A DNA stretch of 64,000 bases from Candidatus Calescibacterium sp. (lineage in GTDB: Bacteria > DRYD01), in contig JANXBF010000002.1 in NCBI GenBank assembly GCA_025057615.1, forward strand, positions 16,654 to 80,653. Direction: 5' to 3'. Positions within the stretch are counted from its first letter, which is position 1. Each line of letters begins with the position of its first letter. Shown in pieces: positions 57,730 to 64,000 of this stretch. A model generated the notes under the pieces. It saw only the letters and a program-made list of their open reading frames with translations. It was not told the origin of the DNA and searched no databases. The position numbers were made by a program, and so were the translations under genes.

Positions 57730-59715
57730 TTATTTCTTCCATGTTAAATTTATAATTCCTATTATTATACCAATAAGAATCCACGAATAATAGTTATAAA
57801 ATAATCCATTGAAAACTTTCCTTGTTAATAATGATAAATATGTCATTAAAATAGCTAAGCCAATTATCAACCTTACTATTATTTTATTATCAATAAATGA
57901 AAGGAAAGTAGAGAATGGTTTCATTATATGAATATAAAACAATTCGTAAGCATTATCTATATAGTATCTTTTTTCTAGTAATTTGTATATACCCTGTACT
58001 ATCGATGGAATTGTTCTTTTAGAATTGATAACATATATGAAATATCCTAGTATTAGTCCTATTATTAGCATTAATGTTGATCCACTTGCCAAAAGTGGAT
58101 CTATTTTTATGGATACAAATGGTATGGTTTTGTAGACTTCTTCTATATAGTGACCCATATAGTGTTTTGGAATTATGAAATCAAAAGGAAGATTTATTAT
58201 TCCTCCTATTGTTGATAGAAAAGCTAAGATCCACAGAGGTACTGTCATATTCAGCGGGACTTCCTTAACGTGTAAGTTTATTTCATTGGATATTTGAGGA
58301 TCTATTCCCACTGATTTAATTTCTTCTTGTGATTTTTCCTTTATGAAGGCCACCCAAATTATTCTTCCCATGTAAAAGGATGTCAAAAGAACGGTTATGA
58401 AACCTATTACAAAGAATAGGGGAAATTCCTTATACACTGAGAGAAGTATCTCATCTTTGCTAAAAAATCCACTCATTGGGAATAGTCCTATCAATGCCAA
58501 TGTGCCAATTAGAAAAAGCCAAAATGTTTGCTTCATATTCTTTTTGAGATTATTCATAAGCCATATATCGTTGGGGTCTATATGATGATGTTGATGATTA
58601 TGATGAGCTCTTTCTATTGCTGTAATTACATTTCCTGCGCTCATGAATAAGAGAGCTTTAAAGAAACCATGCGTTATTAAATGAAATATTGCTGCTACTA
58701 TACCTGCTCCTGCACTTGATAAAGCCATGAACATGTATCCCAATTGACTCATTGTTGAATATGCTAGGATCCTCTTGATGTCCCTATTAACTAATCCCAT
58801 TGTTGCTGCTAAGAAAGCGGATACGGCTCCTACTAATCCTATTAATACTGTAAGTTTTATTCCAAATATTTCTGTGTTATAAAACATTGGATACAATCTG
58901 GCTATAAAATATACTCCTGCTGCTACCATTGTTGCTGCATGTATGAGAGCTGAAACTGGTGTTGGACCCTCCATGGCATCTGGTAACCATATGTGCAGTG
59001 GAAACTGAGCCGACTTTCCAAAAGCTGATATCATTATACCAATTGGTACTAATATTAATAAGCCCTTTATTAATTCTACATTAGAAAAATATTTGTTCAA
59101 TTCGATTATATCTAAGCTTATACCGTTAGATATTAAAATGAATAAAGCAAGTAGTAATCCAAGATCTCCCAGTCTTGTTATAAAAAATGCTTTCTTTGCA
59201 GCTATTGAGGCACTGTCTTTGTGATACCAATAGCCAATTAAAAGATAGGAACATAGCCCCATTAGCTCCCACCCTATTATGAAAGTAATTAATGATGATG
59301 ATAGAACTGTTATTAACATTCCTGATGTAAAAAGGCTTAGGTAAGCAAAGAAACGTGGATAGTCTTTGTCATGTTCCATGTAACCTGTAGAGTATACTTG
59401 GATCATCAATACTACTACCGTAACCATTAATAAAACAAACATACTTAAATTATCGTAAAGAAATCCAATGTTTATAGGTATAAAATTTGTCCAGCTGTAC
59501 AGATTTATTATCATTGGTTCTTTTCCTATTTGTTTGAAAAAAATAATGAAGCTGAGAATCATTGAAACAAATATTGATAATATGGTTACTGAGGAATATA
59601 CGTGTTTATTCAATTTTAATGATTTACCTGGCTTTTCAAACAAAAAAACCAGTAAAGCTACGACAAAGAAGGCTATTAATGGCAGGAGAGGGATTATTGT
59701 TCCCATTATCTCCAT
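57730..59715 (-). CDS. nuoL: NADH-quinone oxidoreductase subunit L
   Basis: GWELMGLCSYLLIG, KSAQFPLHIWLPDAMEGPTPVSALIHAATMV, AYSTMSQLGYM and GFFSKDEIL. Confidence 0.96.
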   Translation of the reverse strand: MEIMGTIIPLLPLIAFFVVALLVFLFEKPGKSLKLNKHVYSSVTILSIFVSMILSFIIFFKQIGKEPMIINLYSWTNFIPINIGFLYDNLSMFVLLMVTVVVLMIQVYSTGYMEHDKDYPRFFAYLSLFTSGMLITVLSSSLITFIIGWELMGLCSYLLIGYWYHKDSASIAAKKAFFITRLGDLGLLLALFILISNGISLDIIELNKYFSNVELIKGLLILVPIGIMISAFGKSAQFPLHIWLPDAMEGPTPVSALIHAATMVAAGVYFIARLYPMFYNTEIFGIKLTVLIGLVGAVSAFLAATMGLVNRDIKRILAYSTMSQLGYMFMALSSAGAGIVAAIFHLITHGFFKALLFMSAGNVITAIERAHHNHQHHHIDPNDIWLMNNLKKNMKQTFWLFLIGTLALIGLFPMSGFFSKDEILLSVYKEFPLFFVIGFITVLLTSFYMGRIIWVAFIKEKSQEEIKSVGIDPQISNEINLHVKEVPLNMTVPLWILAFLSTIGGIINLPFDFIIPKHYMGHYIEEVYKTIPFVSIKIDPLLASGSTLMLIIGLILGYFIYVINSKRTIPSIVQGIYKLLEKRYYIDNAYELFYIHIMKPFSTFLSFIDNKIIVRLIIGLAILMTYLSLLTRKVFNGLFYNYYSWILIGIIIGIINLTWKK

Positions 59716-59853
59716 AAAATTCCCTCCACTTCTATTCTTGATTAAATAAAAAATTATATTTTTTAATGACTTATCCTTGTTAAAAATTAACAGTTTTCGA
59801 GTGTCTTTTCATTTGAAAAGTTACATTTCAAAAATAAAATATTTCATTAAAAA

Positions 59854-59874
59854 TTTTTACATTTTTTTTACAAA
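59854..59874 (+). promoter_or_regulatory. TTTACA-N5-TTTACA direct repeat (operator candidate)
   Basis: Identical 21-mer to 13685-13705, in the divergent nuoL / 59960 intergenic region. Confidence 0.5.
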
Positions 59875-59959
59875 ATTTTAAGGGTAATATCATTTCCTTA
59901 TCTAATTATTCTATAGAGAGGATAAATTGAAAAAAATTAGATTTGAGGGAGGAAATTGT

Positions 59960-60607
59960 ATGTCAGGTATAAATCCAAATGATATGGTTAATAGGCTTAC
60001 TCAACAGGGAGCAAAGCAGACGGCTTCCACTTTTGGAGCTATGTCTAAGAAAACAGATGACAAACAAAAGTTAGAGAAACAATCTTATGATATTAATAAA
60101 CAGTATCAAATATTAGATAAACACAGTCAAACCAAGGAACTAGAGCAAAATGCTAAACATTCTGGATTAATTTCACAAAGCCTGACAAATAAAGAACTGG
60201 AAGAAGAATCTGTAATGTTTGATGAAGAGTTTTTAATAGAAGAAGGAGCTAAAGAACAAGGATTGTTGACAACTAAACAAGATGTTAGTCTTGAAGAAAA
60301 TGAGGAAATAGGAATCCAAACTCTTTCTTCAACTGCCGATAAAGAAAAAAGAATCTTTAACGAATTAGCCAGTAAAGTTGGAGTCTCTGCAGAAGAAATA
60401 GAATTGGCAGCCAGGCAGGAAGTGGAGAACCAATTAGCGACAAACAAGAATGAAATGAACCAACTTAAGTTTCCAACAGAAACTTCTTATATTGAAACTG
60501 AGATATATCAAGATACTAAACCTGCAGGAACTGAAATAAAAGAAGGCAAATTAATAATACTAGATAATAATCCTATAGATATAGAAATTGCTGAAAAAGA
60601 ATTTTAA
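59960..60607 (+). CDS. hypothetical acidic low-complexity protein
   Basis: GGAGG RBS before the ATG at 59960; E/Q/K-rich, no recognised domain. Confidence 0.7.
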   Translation: MSGINPNDMVNRLTQQGAKQTASTFGAMSKKTDDKQKLEKQSYDINKQYQILDKHSQTKELEQNAKHSGLISQSLTNKELEEESVMFDEEFLIEEGAKEQGLLTTKQDVSLEENEEIGIQTLSSTADKEKRIFNELASKVGVSAEEIELAARQEVENQLATNKNEMNQLKFPTETSYIETEIYQDTKPAGTEIKEGKLIILDNNPIDIEIAEKEF

Positions 60608-60647
60608 AATCGATAAATTAAAACTACAGAAAAATTTTCGATTGAAT

Positions 60648-60665
60648 ATTGTAAAAAATTACAAT
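60648..60665. promoter_or_regulatory. perfect inverted repeat overlapping the Clp ATPase start codon
   Basis: ATTGTAA-AAAA-TTACAAT. Confidence 0.35.
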
Positions 60666-63057
60666 GGATTTGAGTAAAGTTACCAAAAGCGTCCAAGAAG
60701 CCATATATAGAGCACAAAAGTATCTTGAAAAATTCAAAAACAATCAACTTGATGTAGAACATTTGTTTCTCGCTTTTCTGGAAGATGAGTATAATATTTT
60801 ACAGAAAATATTTCCTAAATTGGGAATAAATATTCCCAATTTTAAAAGCCAACTGGTAAATAATATAGAATCTAAACCAAAGGTTTCATATATTTCAAAT
60901 CAAATATATATAACTCCTAGATTGAATGATATTTTAATTTTAGCAGATAAAAATAGGGAATTTCTTAAAGATGAATATATTGCTACTGAACATATAGTAT
61001 TGGCAATATTGGAGGAGGGTAATAGCTTTACAGCAAAAATTCTAAGAAGTTATAATGTTGATAAAGAATCTTTTCTAAATGTTTTAAAAGAAGTGAGAGG
61101 AGGACATAGGGTGGACAGTGTAACAGCAGAAGAAAAGTATCAGAGTTTGAATAAATATGGAATAGATTTGAATGACCTTGCCAAAAAAGGTAAACTTGAT
61201 CCAGTAGTTGGTAGAGAAAAAGAGATACAGAAATGTGTAGAAGTTTTGTCCAGGAGAACTAAAAACAATCCTGTTTTGATAGGTGATCCCGGTGTTGGTA
61301 AAACTGCAATTGTAGAAGGCCTAGCTCAAAAAATTGTAAATAATGATGTTCCTGAAAATCTGAGAAACAAGAGGATAATAAAGATAGATTTAACAAGAAT
61401 GTTAGCGGGTGCTAAATATAGAGGAGAATTTGAAGAAAGATTAAAAGCTGTTTTGGATGAAGTTAAGTCTTCAAAGGATGTCATAATATTTATAGATGAG
61501 ATTCATACTGTTGTCGGAGCTGGAGCTGCTGAAGGTGCCATCGATGCTTCTAATATCTTGAAACCTGATTTGGCAAGAGGAGAAATCCAAATGATAGGTG
61601 CAACCACTATAGATGAATATAGAAAATATATAGAAAAAGACGCTGCTTTGGAAAGAAGATTCCAACCAATATTGGTAGAGGAACCTTCATTGGAAAAGAC
61701 TATTGAAATATTGAAAGGTTTAAGACCTAAATATGAGGATTACCATAAAGTGAAGATAACTGATGATGCTATTACTGCTGCAGCTTCACTTTCCCAAAAA
61801 TACATAACCAATAGGTTTTTACCTGATAAGGCAATAGATTTAATAGATCAGTCCTGTGCAAAGATAAGGACTTTATATCAACACGTTCCCAATATTTTGA
61901 AGGATTTTGAAAAAAAGATGAAAGAATTGAATGAAAAAATAAATTACTATGTTTATAATTCTATGTACCAGGAAGCTGCAGAAGCTCAGGTTGAACTAAA
62001 AAAGCTACAAAAACAATATGATGAAGAATATGAAAAATTTAAAAAGCAGTATCCTCTCAAAAGTGTTGTTGATAAGGAGATTGTTGCCTTGGTTGTCTCT
62101 GAGTTAACGGGTGTACCAGTCTCCTCTCTTACTCAAGATGAAAAACAAAAATTAATTAATTTGGAAGAAATAATTCATAATAGGTTAATTGATCAGGAAG
62201 AAGCTGTATACAGTGTTTCTGAAGCTATAAGAAGAGCAAGAGTTGGTCTAAAAGATCCCAACAGGCCTATTGCTGTTTTTTTGTTTTTGGGTCCAACTGG
62301 TGTGGGGAAAACAGAGACTGCTAAAACGTTGGCAGAGGCACTCTTTGGATCTGAAAATATGTTGATAAGATTTGATATGACAGAATATATGGAAAAGCAC
62401 GAAGTTTCAAAACTTATAGGTGCTCCACCAGGATATGTGGGATATGAAGAAGCTGGGCAATTGACGGAAAGTGTCAGAAGGAAACCATTTTCTGTATTGC
62501 TTTTTGATGAAATAGAAAAGGCACACCCACAAGTTTTTGATATATTTTTGCAGGTTTTTGATGATGGTAGATTAACTGATAGTCACGGTAAAACTGCCGA
62601 TTTTAAAAATACAATAATAATAATGACCTCCAATATTGCAAGTGATGTCATACGAGAATTGAGTGAAAGGAATGTCAGTTACCAAAATATAAAAGAAGAA
62701 GTATTAAGGATTCTTGAGAAAAGATTAAAACCAGAATTTTTGAACAGAATAGATGAAATTATCGTATTTAGACCTTTGCAAAAGGAACATGTAGATAAAA
62801 TACTGGATATAATGCTCACAAAACTCAATGAAAAACTGTCTTCTAGGAATATTAGAATTGAGTTGACTGAAAATTTAAAGCAATATTTGTTAGACAACGG
62901 TTATTCTCCTGTCTATGGAGCAAGAAATATTAAAAGAGTATTTACAAAAGTAGTTGAGAGTGCTGTATCAAACTTTATTCTCCAGGATAAAATAAAAGAT
63001 AACATGGTTGTTAAATTGGATGTAAATGATGGTAAGATAGAGATAATCGATAATTAA
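60664..63057 (+). CDS. class I Clp/Hsp100 AAA+ ATPase (ClpB/ClpC family)
   Basis: Double Clp-N domain, [31 protein letters not shown] and FLNRIDE motifs. Confidence 0.95.
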   Translation: MDLSKVTKSVQEAIYRAQKYLEKFKNNQLDVEHLFLAFLEDEYNILQKIFPKLGINIPNFKSQLVNNIESKPKVSYISNQIYITPRLNDILILADKNREFLKDEYIATEHIVLAILEEGNSFTAKILRSYNVDKESFLNVLKEVRGGHRVDSVTAEEKYQSLNKYGIDLNDLAKKGKLDPVVGREKEIQKCVEVLSRRTKNNPVLIGDPGVGKTAIVEGLAQKIVNNDVPENLRNKRIIKIDLTRMLAGAKYRGEFEERLKAVLDEVKSSKDVIIFIDEIHTVVGAGAAEGAIDASNILKPDLARGEIQMIGATTIDEYRKYIEKDAALERRFQPILVEEPSLEKTIEILKGLRPKYEDYHKVKITDDAITAAASLSQKYITNRFLPDKAIDLIDQSCAKIRTLYQHVPNILKDFEKKMKELNEKINYYVYNSMYQEAAEAQVELKKLQKQYDEEYEKFKKQYPLKSVVDKEIVALVVSELTGVPVSSLTQDEKQKLINLEEIIHNRLIDQEEAVYSVSEAIRRARVGLKDPNRPIAVFLFLGPTGVGKTETAKTLAEALFGSENMLIRFDMTEYMEKHEVSKLIGAPPGYVGYEEAGQLTESVRRKPFSVLLFDEIEKAHPQVFDIFLQVFDDGRLTDSHGKTADFKNTIIIMTSNIASDVIRELSERNVSYQNIKEEVLRILEKRLKPEFLNRIDEIIVFRPLQKEHVDKILDIMLTKLNEKLSSRNIRIELTENLKQYLLDNGYSPVYGARNIKRVFTKVVESAVSNFILQDKIKDNMVVKLDVNDGKIEIIDN

Positions 63058-63148
63058 GTAAGATTGTATTTAGTAAGGTTTTCTATGTTTAAGTCTTTGG
63101 GTTCGAGAATTGTTTATTAAAAATTAAAAAACAAAATTTTGCTACTAA

Positions 63149-63173
63149 TTTTTACATTTTTTACATTTTTACA
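63149..63173. repeat. triple TTTTTACA tandem upstream of pgk
   Basis: TTTTTACA TTTTTTACA TTTTTACA. Confidence 0.6.
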
Positions 63174-63300
63174 TTTATAGTCTAACTTAATGAAAAGTGT
63201 GTGGACAAGTTTATATAATTGTATTTTTCGAGAGGAGGTTATTATAATACAATAGAATCATTAAATTAAGTGATACAGTAGAAAATTATGGAGGTATTTA

Positions 63301-64000
63301 ATGCTTAAGCTGAGTTATGTTGACCAAAATCTCGAAGATATAAGAAATAAAAGGGTAATCTTAAGGGTGGATTATAATGTTCCTATTGAAAATGGTGAAG
63401 TTAAGGATGACACAAGGATATTACAAAGTAAACGAACTATAGATTTTTTGCTTGGTCTTAACTGTGATATAATTTTGTTGACTCACCTTGGAAGACCAAA
63501 AACTGATGAAGATAGGAAGAAATACACTACCAGAAGTATATTGAACCACTTGAACGGTAAGAAATTGTTTAATATTAATGTTGATTTTATTGATAATTTT
63601 GAAAAAGAAATATATTACAAAGGTGGAAAAATATATTTATTTGAGAATGTTAGATTTTTTGATGGTGAGACTAAAAATTCTCTCGATTTAGCAAAAAATT
63701 TTTCAAAATATGGTGATGTTTTTGTTAATGATGCGTTTAGTTCTTTACATAGGGTTCATTCTTCTGTGGCTGGTATAAGTAATTTTCTGCCTACTTATTT
63801 CGGTTTCCTTGTTAAGAGCGAAATAGAGAATTTAAGTAAGTTTTTCAATCCTGTAAGTCCTTTCACAGTTATTCTCGGTGGTGCAAAAATATCTGATAAA
63901 TTGGGATTAATAAAAAAAATAAAAGCTGATAATGTGATAATTTGCGGTGCCATGGCCTTGACTATATACAAAAAAATGGGAAAGAATATAGGAAGATCTC
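63301..64000 (+). CDS. pgk: phosphoglycerate kinase (5' part; runs off window end)
   Basis: Manual translation: RVILRVDYNVP...DDTRI...THLGRPK...ENVRF...NDAF..LHR.HSS...GGAKISDK; GGAGG RBS. Confidence 0.95.
   Translation, partial: MLKLSYVDQNLEDIRNKRVILRVDYNVPIENGEVKDDTRILQSKRTIDFLLGLNCDIILLTHLGRPKTDEDRKKYTTRSILNHLNGKKLFNINVDFIDNFEKEIYYKGGKIYLFENVRFFDGETKNSLDLAKNFSKYGDVFVNDAFSSLHRVHSSVAGISNFLPTYFGFLVKSEIENLSKFFNPVSPFTVILGGAKISDKLGLIKKIKADNVIICGAMALTIYKKMGKNIGRS

Overview
A very AT-rich, gene-dense bacterial chromosome segment made up mostly of housekeeping and metabolic genes: hutI (partial), an M32 carboxypeptidase, pth, a PilT/PilU ATPase, rpmB, rplU, two class-III aminotransferases, gcvPB, lnt, asd, dxr, smpB, pit, an acyl-CoA synthetase, leuS, tnaA, grpE-dnaK-dnaJ, nuoJK, nuoL, fmt, udg, rimO, trpS, csaB, pnp, a Clp ATPase and pgk (partial). 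It also carries four tRNAs (Ser-CGA, Thr-TGT, His-GTG, Pro-TGG). I see no CRISPR array, rRNA, integrase or transposase. Conventional operons are scrambled and the two strands differ strongly in composition. The most notable patterns are: (1) all four tRNAs sit 8-12 nt upstream of a protein start codon that lacks a Shine-Dalgarno (SD) site; (2) an identical 21-bp PhoP/WalR-type direct-repeat box lies upstream of a signal-less clostripain and an orphan protein, and the window also holds an OmpR-family regulator paired with a kinase that lacks its phospho-His; (3) an in-frame 3-codon uORF with a strong RBS precedes nuoJ; (4) a decaying minor-pilin locus has a 10-bp tandem repeat upstream; (5) the DnaK and ClpB/C chaperones are atypical. 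All functional calls come from motif recognition only; no searches were run.
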